From: Paraphysomonas bandaiensis
Taxonomy: Eukaryota; Protista; Chrysophyceae
Assembly (NCBI GenBank): GCA_965644295.1
Contig: CBFFRP010000136.1
Location: forward strand, 62,001-126,000
Length of the DNA: 64,000 nt
Direction: 5' to 3'
This document shows positions 38,708-51,600 of the stretch, piece after piece (the stretch's first letter is position 1; the number at the start of each line of letters is the position of its first letter). A program made the position numbers and the translations under genes. Below the pieces are notes generated by a model. The model was given only the letters and a program-made list of their open reading frames with translations, had not been told where the DNA came from and did not search any database.

Positions 38708-39571
38708 CTAATCGCTCCTTATGGATCGAGAGGAGCAGCAATACACGACAGCTTTCATTGGAAACACCGCTCTGCCGTCTTCGACGACATAGGGGCTATA
38801 CTTCTCAGCTATTGACTCTATGATTTCTTCAATATCGATATCCTCATCGATAATTGTGGAAATTGGAGACCCGTCGATAATAGCTCTCGCAGCTTCAAGA
38901 GGAGAATTCCACGCACACATCATGCACTCATCCCAACATTCAATGTTACTAAACCCAGTAGTTGTCAAGAGCCGTTTAACCTCTTCTTTGTTACGCATGG
39001 AGTATGGTTCTCGAAAATAGTCGCTATTATGTTGGTTATGGCTACTCTCCAAAACCTCATCAGCCAGGAAGCACAAGGGGTTATCCTCGAAATCACCCCA
39101 TACATTAAATATCAACTTACCACCATCGCTGAGAACGCGACTCACTTCAGTGAAAGCGAGGTGTTTGTCGTCACAAAACATAAAACCAAACTGACATACA
39201 ACCAAATCAAACATATTGTCTTTGTAAGGAAGTTTACAACACGAATGAACTTCCCAGTTCACTTTGGTGTGACTCGTCTCTTCCGATTCGGGTGTAAAAT
39301 TATTCTTCGCATAGTTGACCATATCTGCCGATATATCTGTGGCATATACAGTCGACTGAGGAAACGCAGACACAATCTGCTTCGTACATATCCCCGTACC
39401 ACATCCTAGCTCCAATATCATACGTGGAGGAGACGATAGCTGTATGCGAGAGATGAGATCCACCGCATAAGGCTCAAATAACTGACGACCGAATAACTCA
39501 TCATAATAACGAGGAACTTCTCCATCAAATTTCATTCCACAACATGCATCAGATTCACAGCAATTTGTCAT
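38708..39571 (-). CDS. Class I SAM-dependent methyltransferase (Methyltransf_11/UbiE-like), intronless; copy 1
   Basis: ILELGCGTG motif I, ATDIS, LPYKDNMFDLVVCQFG, EVSRVLSDGG. Confidence 0.92.
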   Translation of the reverse strand: MTNCCESDACCGMKFDGEVPRYYDELFGRQLFEPYAVDLISRIQLSSPPRMILELGCGTGICTKQIVSAFPQSTVYATDISADMVNYAKNNFTPESEETSHTKVNWEVHSCCKLPYKDNMFDLVVCQFGFMFCDDKHLAFTEVSRVLSDGGKLIFNVWGDFEDNPLCFLADEVLESSHNQHNSDYFREPYSMRNKEEVKRLLTTTGFSNIECWDECMMCAWNSPLEAARAIIDGSPISTIIDEDIDIEEIIESIAEKYSPYVVEDGRAVFPMKAVVYCCSSRSIRSD

Positions 39572-41485
39572 GATTATATTACTGATACGGTGTAAGTAAC
39601 AGGAATATTATCTCAATAACTCATCTACAGTATATGTATAGGAAGGTATGTCTTATATATAGGAATCTCTGTAGTGAGGTGTGTGGTATGTCTATCAACG
39701 TATCTTGTCATAGGAAAGTGCAACTTGAAGGAATTCCTTTTTAGAGTATAGAACAAAAACTACGTAAAAATCTTGTACTCTATTGTAGATGGGAGTGTAT
39801 TATCACTGTAGTCCACCCGTAGTTGAATCAAGTCATCATAGTGATACACAGCCGTTGGAAGCTACTGTACATGCATGTAGAACATATAGCTATGGATATA
39901 TAGATATGTGCTGCTGTATGTTGGTATTGATCGGCTAGTTGTGGGTTGCAATAAAGGGGAAGTAGTGAGAGAGGCATATGCATAGAAATAGAAGTAGATG
40001 TATAGATACAGTAACAGACACCATCAACCTATGTGTCCCAGTATCAACGATTGTATCTGTTCACAGTAATCGGTCATCATCACTCTCAGTAACAGTATTC
40101 AATACTGTGATAATACTGTGATTAGTATATTCGGAATATATTAGCTGTGATTTACGTCTTACTATGATTTGCTGTGTCCACACTTCACCTGGTCTTATCT
40201 GGTGCTGAGATTGCACTTACTCTGACTCGACATTCGCCAGTTATGTGGTTGGAATTCAGACGCATATTTGGTTAACGAGGCATGTCTATTTATTATGAGC
40301 AGCGAGAGAATAAGGTGTAGTAGTTATGTGATTATATTGCACTTGCTCCTGCGGTTCGATTTTAGTTTCGAGATCCTTCTGTGATTTACGCAGCAAAATT
40401 GGTATGTCAAGTATGGATGATTAAAGTGCAAGAATAAGAATGAAGTAGGGTAGGTTATAGTATGTGATGAGTCTTTTATGTTCTATAGAAAGAAGGTGTC
40501 TTTATGTTAGGTATTTTAAAAAGTACATGTAGCTAGTTCAAAGTCAGAGAAGTCTACGAAACTACGATATCTACATCCCATACAGAATATACCATCGTTT
40601 TTGTCAGATGGCGCAGTATGAAAGGATTTTTATTTAATAAAGGTACGGTTTATTTAATGGTACACATTACTATGCTATCTAGATATACCTGGGACTATTA
40701 GGACTGTTGGTGATGCAGAGCATTGTTATCCTGACAAACCATCGCAGTGAGAACATTATAGCAGACAAGATCACATTTGTTATATGCAGTACATCTATTT
40801 GTAATCTTATTAGTATCAACTTATACTGTTTATTTACTGTCTGAGAGAATATTGTGGACATATCAATTCTAGAATTAGATAGATGTATATGCTGCTGTAC
40901 ATGATGCCTCACATCTAATTTCTGAGATATACTGAGGTTCTTGCTTCACAAAATCCAGGAAATCTCTAATTTCTGATGTTTTGTTTTGATTTTTGGGGAT
41001 ATCTTGTTTGTTTTGTTATATGATCAATCACCACTGCAACAATGATACATGTATCAACACATCGACATGGACACAACGAAATCGAAGTCAATGAAAGTGT
41101 ATACCGACTGATGATTGGACTGGAATAAGTGAATATCTAGATATAAAGTGTGAGCGAGAGGTGGTCAAACCGGTACATATCTTCATGTCATATAAGATTT
41201 CAGTTTGGTACAGTTCGAGTCAATGGTTCCTTACTCTTTTTTCATACCCGGCATATCATATATATATATGGATATTACGAAGTTCTATGTAGGAAAAAAC
41301 ACAGCAATCCAGTGTTCAATATCACTATATATATATATATAAGCCGTATGAGAGTACATGAATATGTCGATGTTTACTATACAGCCTGAAATATTGACCC
41401 AGAACTTGTGATCATTGAGTCACACCATGAAACAAGTTCTGTGTCATTATGAACATCCTTCTCTCGTGTTTCTCATAGTAAGAGC

Positions 41486-44131
41486 ATGGATTATATTAAA
41501 ACAGAAGCTCATAAAGGTGAGTACGTACACTCTAACACAAGCGTGATATACTACTATCAGTGGTGGTTGTTGGGCCTGCTGCATCGGGTAAATCAACTCT
41601 TCTTGAATACCTGTCTATGGGGTACATTGAGCCGAACAAAAAATATTCACCAACTAGTTGAGTGTATAGTGGATGTAGTGAAGCTAAAGATCGTGACTTT
41701 ATGTTAGTTGGCTGTAGAATCAAAAGAATTACTATTCATCGAGGCATGAAATGTATAGCATCTCTGTGGGAACTTGGCGGTACTCGCCTCTACAAAGAGC
41801 TGCATGATGCAGGTGGCTACTTATTTATTCATATATGGATTTTTAACAATCAAACAGCATACAAAGATGCAAATTGTGTAATACTTATGTGTGATATATC
41901 TGGACTGGAAAAAATTGAGGTATTTTTTCAGCAGCATTACTGTATCCATATTGACATGTTAAACAGGTGATAGGATCATGGATTGAACATTCACAACGAC
42001 GAAATTCAGGTGTATGACATTAGAATGTGTTGAGTAAAATTAATTTATTTAGGATGTGAGCTTATTCTGGTTGGAAATAAGCGTGCTGCTTCTGTTGCCG
42101 CGTACTCTCGTCGTCTAGTGAAAGTATAAAATCGTTTATACTTCGGTGCCTTTCATAATATATTTTGAGACAGAAAATATCAAACCTCTACAATATTTGC
42201 TACGTTGAAGTAAACATGACATGTAGCGGGGGATTAGAGCGGCTGCTGACAATCATAGGCAATGTGATTAAGAGACATTCAGAGAACATTAATCTGATAG
42301 AGACTTCTGGGCTCAGCACCATAAACCAACAACAATTTGACCAGGTCTATTGATGCTCTGCGTACCAATCAATTACATATCTCGCTTACAGCACTTGAGA
42401 TCTCTATCTATAGAATCTTGCTACTGTTGTCCCTACTTTGACAATAATCTTGGCGAATGGGTTAGTGTACCCTCTGCATCCCCGTCCCACAACTCGAATA
42501 CATCTTCAAGACAAAGTGAAGACGGCGTAGAAGATCTGCGTGGGGCACTGGTAGGCTGTTACTTGAACCAGAATAGCGCCAAGAGAAGTCCATACAGAGA
42601 AAATTCAGAGTATGGTTTCTATGCTCTGCACTCAAAGTTTAACTTAACGATGCGTATGCGCAGTAAATATGCTCTTTATGACAAGAGTGAACAAAAGATT
42701 GTGATTCGAAATTTCAATACTCTTGAGTCCCAGTTGGAAGTGCTGCGGTATGTATATGACTCTAGATCTCCAACAGTATAAAAACCTTTGAACACAATAA
42801 CTAGAGCCTACTTTACGAATACTGGCCCTGTAGTGTACTACTTTCCACACAAATTTCCAGACTGTGGTTCCAGTGAGGAACTTATTGCATACACATTACA
42901 ACTTACAGAAGAAGGCACACGTCTCTCCCTATTCGAGAGGTATTATCCATGAGACAATAATATATAAAGTTTATGCTAACTTAGTATCTTAGGAATAAAA
43001 GGCTGTCAGGTGAACTGCTTGGAGTGTATCTAATGGACATAGCGGACGTACGGCAGGGTAGGTGTTTTTTTTGTCTGTATATAGTTATCTTTGATCTGCA
43101 GACAACGTAAATGTGGGACCACAAAAGTTCCAAATGTTTCGACTTCTTGTAGTGGCATCAGAACGAGTTATACCTTTGTATGTCGTTGATCAGGACATCT
43201 GCAATATTGCTTCGCAGGTCACAACAAATTATGTGTTAAATAGTATGGGTTGACGTGGATGTAGCACATCATCGACCTACGAGATATCGCTATCCATCAG
43301 GTTTGGGATTGGGCTAATGGTACTTACGTCGGCTAAATAATGTGCAGTGCAGTATGGATATTCAGCGTGTTTATCTTGCAAAGCAGCATCGCAATATTGT
43401 GGTAGGGGAATTTGCAGTAGAGAGAGGAGTCAATTACGTGCAGGCGATATGTCATTTATGTCCTCATCAAATGAAACTAAGAATGTTTGCAATTGACTAT
43501 AAGAGACGCGCTGTACGTGTCCTTGCGGTAGGCTATAATAAAGCACATCTCTCGTCAATAATAATCTGAGTGTTAGCCATCGCAACGTATAGATATTAAT
43601 GGGGCTCCACTGGATATTTGTGTTTCTACGACCATGTCAAAGCTGAACGAGTCGTATCCAGAGTTCATTGTGGGAGAAGCTGCAAATGGTATGAGAGTTT
43701 TTGCACTATCTATTGCTTTATGAAACTGATGGGGCATTAGAGTGCAGGAATTTTTGCACCGGTAGAAAAAATGTAAATGAAATGTTATTTTCAGATATAT
43801 CAGAAATTAGGTACAGTACTCATTAGACAAAGCGAATTGCATCATCAACACTTTATGAATAGGGCTGGAAGTTACGCTTACTCCTTTCCTGATACATCCG
43901 CCGAACCGGAGGTATTGTGATAGTACCAAATCGCTTATAATTTATTATCATGTATGCTTAATTTATCAGACGGATAAGTGCTGCCTTGCTATCATCGGAG
44001 GAACTGGATGCATTTGTCTACAGTTTACATCCAGGTAGGAAGTTGATATATATCCCCCTATAGAGCGGTCTAAAAGTTGGTATCGTAGTTCATTGAGAAA
44101 CAGTGTTTTTGACGAATTACGGTTAATATAA
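41486..44131 (+). CDS. Atypical small-GTPase-domain protein; copy 2
   Basis: Duplicate of 35657-38302 (+5829). Confidence 0.6.
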
Positions 44132-44536
44132 TAAAGTCACTGTGGCTAAAATGCCAAATAGTTACAACCATAATTAATACGATATTGTTTATAATCTTCA
44201 TGAAACAATATGATGGATGTATGATGTATTAGCTCGGATATGAGTATTTAACCAGTGAGTACACTGTGGTAGCTGATAATGTTTGTGCGTTGTATCTGGA
44301 GTAGGCATGACTAATGCTGTCTCAAACAACAATACGGTTTTAGTCGTATAATCTAAACGGTGTGTACGAATATGGATACAATACCTATGCATGAGGCATG
44401 AGTACAAACTAAATTCTCGCTTAGGAGTGTTTATAGACCTCCGAAACGGTAGCCAATAAACACTTCATTATAATAAAACAGTTCTATATACATTTATATA
44501 GCACCAAAAAACAGTAGCCAAACAACATAGACTAAG

Positions 44537-45400
44537 CTAATCGCTCCTTATGGATCGAGAGGAGCAGCAATACACGACAGCTTTCATTGGAAACACCGCT
44601 CTGCCGTCTTCGACGACATAGGGGCTATACTTCTCAGCTATTGACTCTATGATTTCTTCAATATCGATATCCTCATCGATAATTGTGGAAATTGGAGACC
44701 CGTCGATAATAGCTCTCGCAGCTTCAAGAGGAGAATTCCACGCACACATCATGCACTCATCCCAACATTCAATGTTACTAAACCCAGTAGTTGTCAAGAG
44801 CCGTTTAACCTCTTCTTTGTTACGCATGGAGTATGGTTCTCGAAAATAGTCGCTATTATGTTGGTTATGGCTACTCTCCAAAACCTCATCAGCCAGGAAG
44901 CACAAGGGGTTATCCTCGAAATCACCCCATACATTAAATATCAACTTACCACCATCGCTGAGAACGCGACTCACTTCAGTGAAAGCGAGGTGTTTGTCGT
45001 CACAAAACATAAAACCAAACTGACATACAACCAAATCAAACATATTGTCTTTGTAAGGAAGTTTACAACACGAATGAACTTCCCAGTTCACTTTGGTGTG
45101 ACTCGTCTCTTCCGATTCGGGTGTAAAATTATTCTTCGCATAGTTGACCATATCTGCCGATATATCTGTGGCATATACAGTCGACTGAGGAAACGCAGAC
45201 ACAATCTGCTTCGTACATATCCCCGTACCACATCCTAGCTCCAATATCATACGTGGAGGAGACGATAGCTGTATGCGAGAGATGAGATCCACCGCATAAG
45301 GCTCAAATAACTGACGACCGAATAACTCATCATAATAACGAGGAACTTCTCCATCAAATTTCATTCCACAACATGCATCAGATTCACAGCAATTTGTCAT
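44537..45400 (-). CDS. Class I SAM-dependent methyltransferase; copy 2
   Basis: Protein identical to that of 38708-39571. Confidence 0.92.
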   Translation of the reverse strand: MTNCCESDACCGMKFDGEVPRYYDELFGRQLFEPYAVDLISRIQLSSPPRMILELGCGTGICTKQIVSAFPQSTVYATDISADMVNYAKNNFTPESEETSHTKVNWEVHSCCKLPYKDNMFDLVVCQFGFMFCDDKHLAFTEVSRVLSDGGKLIFNVWGDFEDNPLCFLADEVLESSHNQHNSDYFREPYSMRNKEEVKRLLTTTGFSNIECWDECMMCAWNSPLEAARAIIDGSPISTIIDEDIDIEEIIESIAEKYSPYVVEDGRAVFPMKAVVYCCSSRSIRSD

Positions 45401-46651
45401 GATTATATTACTGATACGGTGTAAGTAACAGGAATATTATCTCAATAACTCATCTACAGTATATGTATAGGAAGGTATGTCTTATATATAGGAATCTCTG
45501 TAGTGAGGTGTGTGGTATGTCTATCAACGTATCTTGTCATAGGAAAGTGCAACTTGAAGGAATTCCTTTTTAGAATATAGAACAAAAACTACGTAAAAAT
45601 CTTGTACTCTATTGTAGATGGGAGTGTATTATCACTGTAGTCCACCCGTAGTTGAATCAAGTCATCATAGTGATACACAGCCGTTGGAAGCTACTGTACA
45701 TGCATGTAGAACATATAGCTATGGATATATAGATATGTGCTGCTGTATGTTGGTATTGATCGGCTAGTTGTGGGTTGCAATAAAGGGGAAGTAGTGAGAG
45801 AGGCATATGCATAGAAATAGAAGTAGATGTATAGATACAGTAACAGACACCATCAACCTATGTGTCCCAGTATCAACGATTGTATCTGTTCACAGTAATC
45901 GGTCATCATCACTCTCAGTAACAGTATTCAATACTGTGATAATACTGTGATTAGTATATTCGGAATATATTAGCTGTGATTTACGTCTTACTATGATTTG
46001 CTGTGTCCACACTTCACCTGGTCTTATCTGGTGCTGAGATTGCACTTACTCTGACTCGACATTCGCCAGTTATGTGGTTGGAATTCAGACGCATATTTGG
46101 TTAACGAGGCATGTCTATTTATTATGAGCAGCGAGAGAATAAGGTGTAGTAGTTATGTGATTATATTGCACTTGCTCCTGCGGTTCGATTTTAGTTTCGA
46201 GATCCTTCTGTGATTTACGCAGCAAAATTGGTATGTCAAGTATGGATGATTAAAGTGCAAGAATAAGAATGAAGTAGGGTAGGTTATAGTATGTGATGAG
46301 TCTTTTATGTTCTATAGAAAGAAGGTGTCTTTATGTTAGGTATTTTAAAAAGTACATGTAGCTAGTTCAAAGTCAGAGAAGTCTACGAAACTACGATATC
46401 TACATCCCATACAGAATATACCATCGTTTTTGTCAGATGGCGCAGTATGAAAGGATTTTTGAAGCAAATGCAAACTAAATTAAGATAAAACCATTGCATT
46501 GTATCGAACTTCGATAGCGCATTTGATTAAATACCAGGACTTTCTTTTTCAATACACTTAATTACAACGTACAACCATAACAATTTTAGAAGTACAATTA
46601 AAACTCTAGTCAAGATGATATGAAAATAATACGAGCACACTGATTATCCAC

Positions 46652-48191
46652 TCACGCAACTCTTTCTAATTTCTCAGAAAGTTCCTGTGGGATCGGAACA
46701 TTATACTTGTCGTGGAGAACCTCCATCATCTCTTTCTCTTTACCTGCCCATGCTACAAGAATTGTGTCCACATTTTCTAGCTTGTCGTGCATATTCATGG
46801 ATATGTAAAAATTAGAGAGCTCTTCCCTCCAATCAATACCAGAATCATTTCGAGGCCTTGATTGCACAGATTCATTTCCTTCTTCACTTCCTTCATATAT
46901 GACATGACTGGTAGCAGCCTCTCTTGCTTTCAGTCTTGCAGATTGCGACTGCTGCATCTGCGACAACCCAGGCTGGCGTTTTCCAGGAGAGCTGTGGGTA
47001 GACGCTAAAGACTCACTACGCAATGAACCTTTGGATAGCATACGGTCTATCTGTGGGGGATCATCACGCCTCTGGGATGCACGTGAGTTGTGTTCATCAT
47101 CTTGGGAGTGTTCTGAGAGTGTGCCAGTACCACTCCTTCCTCTGCCGTGAGCATTAATGTCTTGATGTGCTTCAGTGTCATAAGCAGGGTCCACAATTAA
47201 TCCATCTTGACAACACTCATTGTATACTTCCTGCAGTCGGAATGCCCACGCCCTTACTACTTCAGCTGCAGGAGTACCCCGAGGAAGCTGGTCAGGTCTC
47301 ACAAAGTGGTTGTATCTACGAGAAGAGGACGCTAAGAGACCCTCCTCACCTCCATTTGGAGTGGCGGAAGTAAATATGGAAACCGCGCCGTCCCCATCTT
47401 CATCGTCACTCTCATCTCCCCGTGCAACAGAGGAGTCAACAGTCTCCCCCGGGCCAATCAGGCCATGTCCGCACCATACGCCATTACCCCGCCCCACCAA
47501 AGCGTTCATGGATTGCAGTAATTCAGTTGGAGCAGCCGAGTATCCAGGACGTGATTCTTGAATGATTCGCCATGCTGCAAGCTTGAGGGGAGCGCAGTCG
47601 AAGAAGTCAGCTATATTATGGAGGTGTTGGCAATTTGACGAGTCGACAATGGACAGTAGAAAGCGCCAACATTTTTGCTCCAATGCTTGTAATTCCATCC
47701 GCCGTATTACTTTGAGCATTGCTTCAGCATTCTGCAACATCAATTGTAACCAGTTTGTTACATAGTTTCAAAAACATACTTACATCCACTGTAACCTCAA
47801 TTTCTTTACCATACATATAATCTAAAACCGCACCAAACTCAGCAGGAGTAAATACATCAAGGGAAATTATTTCTTGATCAGGCCCTTCCGAAAGTAACGC
47901 AAATAGCCACCTACTCCACGAACTACTCCACAGTTAGATACAAAATGTATTTATAATATGGATTGAATGCACCGACCTCACGATTACTTTGTGTGCTCTA
48001 AATAAGCAACCCTGTACGAGAAAAGCAACATCACAAAAAGATGCATCATTTCGCATCTCAAAAGTCGCAGCCATCGAAGCGGATTTCTCATGTTCACCAG
48101 GACTTACAAATAATGACACAGCTTTTTCCGTCACACTCTCATTATTATCTTCTGTGTGAACGGATTCTTCCCCTTGCTTACTATTCACCAT
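46652..48191 (-). CDS. BTB/POZ (BTB-BACK-like) protein with small C-terminal helical domain, 3 exons
   Basis: FCDVAFLVQGCLFRAHKVI; VLDYMYG; SSNCQHLHNIADFFDCAPLK; C-terminal LSNFYISMNMHDKLENVDTILVAWAGKEKEMMEVLHDKY. Confidence 0.85.
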
Positions 48192-48666
48192 ATTAACAAC
48201 TGATACGTCAAATAATGCGATAATACAGGCAACAGCAAGAATATAATACTGCTCTTATTCCTCTATTCAGCACTGCTCCTGTATTTGGTTTACTATAACC
48301 CTGCAGAGGCAGTATATTTTACCAGAGCTACTGGCACTGCCATATCATGCTATACGAAGCAAAGATAACAAGCAGAGTTTGTCATACGTACCAATATCCG
48401 TATATGGTACTGTATATTCACTGCTATAAAAGAGCGATACAGTTGTGTAGTTTGCCGTCACTAATAATATTCCGAAAATTTGTTGAGCTGACACTAGAAA
48501 GGGTAGTTTTTCCATTTTTTATATCAATTCTAGAAAATTAGGGCGGATATCACGAGTATTCGGGTGTTGAGTGTTTGTTTTTTGAAATATAAGAATATTG
48601 AGTTTTGCAGTACGTATATTTCTAGTGGTTGCATTAAGTAACATATCTGCATACAATATCACCGCT

Positions 48667-51600
48667 ATGTCCTATGTAAGTGCAGTGGAAGCACTAGGCT
48701 TGACTGAAGAGCATACACATGCTATTTCAGGTCTCCTTGATATCATGACAGCACCGGATGATCCTTTTTTCGCCTGAGTTTACTCGTCTATAGTGCCCAA
48801 TCAAACACACAGATATAATGAACTGTTCTGTATCACATGCGGTGAATGAGACTGCTATAAAGTCTTGGATATACCCCTCTAATTATCCGGTGCGGACTGT
48901 GTTTTTGATTTGAATGTTTTAATTGGGTTTCATACAGATTCGACAGTATCAGAGAGATATTGTTGAGCAGTGCCTTTTCAAGAACACTCTTGTGAGCTTA
49001 CCGACTGGATTAGGTATCTATTCGTATTTAACAGAATCTAGTTTGTGAAGCATATTTGCTTAGGGAAGACACTAATTGCAGCGGTCGTTATGTTCAATTT
49101 CTATCGTTGGTTTCCAACAGGAAAGATTATATTTATGGCACCAACGCGACCGCTGGTTTCACAGCAAATTAATGCATGCCATGATATAATGGGAATTCCG
49201 CAGCAAGACATTGCTCTTTTGGAGGGTTCAGTTGCACAAAAGACTCGGGAGCATATGTGGAAATCGAAGAGAGTGTTTTTTTGCACACCTCAAGTAGTAG
49301 ACAATGACATACAGCAAGGGAGATGCAATGCTCGGGATATTGTGTGTGTTGTGGTTGACGAGGCACACCGTGCAACAGGAAATTATGCCTATGTTAAAGT
49401 GGTAAGAATTTGAGGGATGAGTTAATTGTATTCCTCATTCTTCTAATTTAAGGTATATGAGATGTCCCGAGTCTCTTCCCTGTTCAGAGTTGTAGCGCTC
49501 AGTGCAACACCCGGCTCGGATGCTCGATCAATCCAGAAGGTAGAAGTTAATATAGGTAATATTTTGCTTACTCTTTGAGGTTTAGGTTTTATACAATCTC
49601 AATATTGCACATGTGGAGTGGAGGTCGGAAGAGGATGCTGACGTTGCACCTTATGTACAGGAGAGAGAAGTGAGTAGATGTAGTATTGATTGTATTCCCG
49701 ATGTGGGCACTTCGTAACTGCGCTTTGGTATTTACGATACAGGTAGAGATAATCAAATGCAAAAAAGTACCTGGGACTGGGGAGGGGTGGGCAGCATCCA
49801 CTAAGAGGCGCATAGATAGTTGCATACGCATAACTGCGGAATATGTGGTTACTGCTGGTTTTTTAGTCAGCTCTGATCCTGACAACATAAATGCTTTCGT
49901 CTTAAACGAGGCCAAAAGGTGTTTTGCTTGAAATGTTACCCTGTAATGCATTTAATGAATATTATTACGCTAGATATATGTCAACACAGAAACAGAATAT
50001 CGGCATTGCGTGGTCTGCGCTTATCTTGACGACGAAGTTATGTGAAGGGCGGACGGCCCTAGCCGAAGGTGGTATGTCTGCCTTATGGAATAGAGTGGAG
50101 GATCTGGTTGCACGTAGGGATAGAAAACTATGGCGAGATGAGGTGTGTGTACTCCTTTTTCTACTCTCAGTTGTGCTTATATTAATTAGGTGGATGCGAC
50201 ATTATTCAGAAGCCAGGCCTTTGAGAGCCTCGTCCAATTACTACGCGGTATAGAGGAATCAATAGCAGTCCGTGGTACTGTGCCTGTTACTGGACCTGAA
50301 TATTCCTTGGAAAATAATCCCAAGCTAGCTAAGCTAAAAGAAATTCTTGAGATTCATTTCGCTGAAGGCCAGGACACGCGCAGCGGAAGCAGAGCGATTG
50401 TATTTGTGGCTTTAAGAGATACAGTCTTCGGTATCAAAACAGAGCTCACTCATACGACACGTATGATCGAATTTTACGTTGTTGCGTTGTATTTACTTGC
50501 TATCAGGACTACGAGTTGCCCAGTTCGTTGGCCAATCTGCTGCATCTGGACGAAAAGGAGATCGAGGGAAGGGCCAGTCACAGCGAGAGCAGGAGGAGGT
50601 GCTACTAAAGTTCAACCGAGGAGACTATAACGTCCTCATTGCCACTTGTGTTGCTGAGGAAGGACTTGACATCGCCGAAGTCGATTTAATAGTATCATAT
50701 GATGTTGTAGCATCACCAGTACGAATGCTTCAGAGAAATGGTCGGACTGCAAGAAAAAAGGCTGGACGGGTTGTTATGCTGGTTACTGAAGGTCGTTCAG
50801 TCTGCATGTTTACGTCGTTATAACACTTGCACAGGAAAGGAAGAAGCGAAAGTATATCAGTCCAGTGATTCTGTGGCGAAAGTTAACGATGGGATGAGGA
50901 ACAGCGTATCACGTATGACACTATATCAACGTAGTCCACGAATGGTCCCGGACGGTGTCTTTCCAGTGATGATAGAAAGCGACTTGCGAGAACTTAAAGC
51001 TGATGCATGCTTGCGCGACGACTTGAATCTTGAGATGACGAAAAAATCTTCTCTTTCTGTAATCTTAAATGGTAAAAATAGTGCTGTTTCTGTGACTCAT
51101 GAAATGTGCACCGGTAATTCGTGCGCCACAAGTGGCTCCTCATCAACGGGTCAGAGTGCTGGGACAGGGATATTTAAGAGCTTCGCTTTTGAGTCTTCTG
51201 CTGTTGGTGATAAGAACGATCGCATCGCTCGGAGTGGGAACGAAAGAGTCTTTGATAAGACAAGGCATCAGAGTATGCGGTTGGTGGCCTCGTCTAGTAT
51301 GGTAACATGTTCTATTTGTGGTGCTAAGTGGAGAGCACGTGAGCACCGCAACCAAGAAGCGGCAGAAATGTGCACGAAGTGCGCGTCAGTTGTAGCGGCT
51401 TCTTTAAGGAACGACATAACTACCTACAAGGACAACGGCGATGATGGCTGCTGTCATACAGTTCATCCTGTCCAAGTTGTTTCGTCTGAAAAAGTCCATC
51501 AAGAGAAATCTCCTGGATTGGAATTCACGACTACAACAGAGGGAATTGATATGGGGCATCGTTCTAAGAAAGATACTGCTGCTATTACAGATAAAACACG

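Larger units (their letters stand above)
34807..46460. repeat. Direct tandem segmental duplication, period 5829 bp (34807-40631 and 40636-46460)
   Basis: AATAAAGGTACGG starts at 34807 and 40636; AAAGGATTTTT ends at 40631 and 46460; about 10 differences seen by eye; paired ORFs are offset by 5829. Confidence 0.97.
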
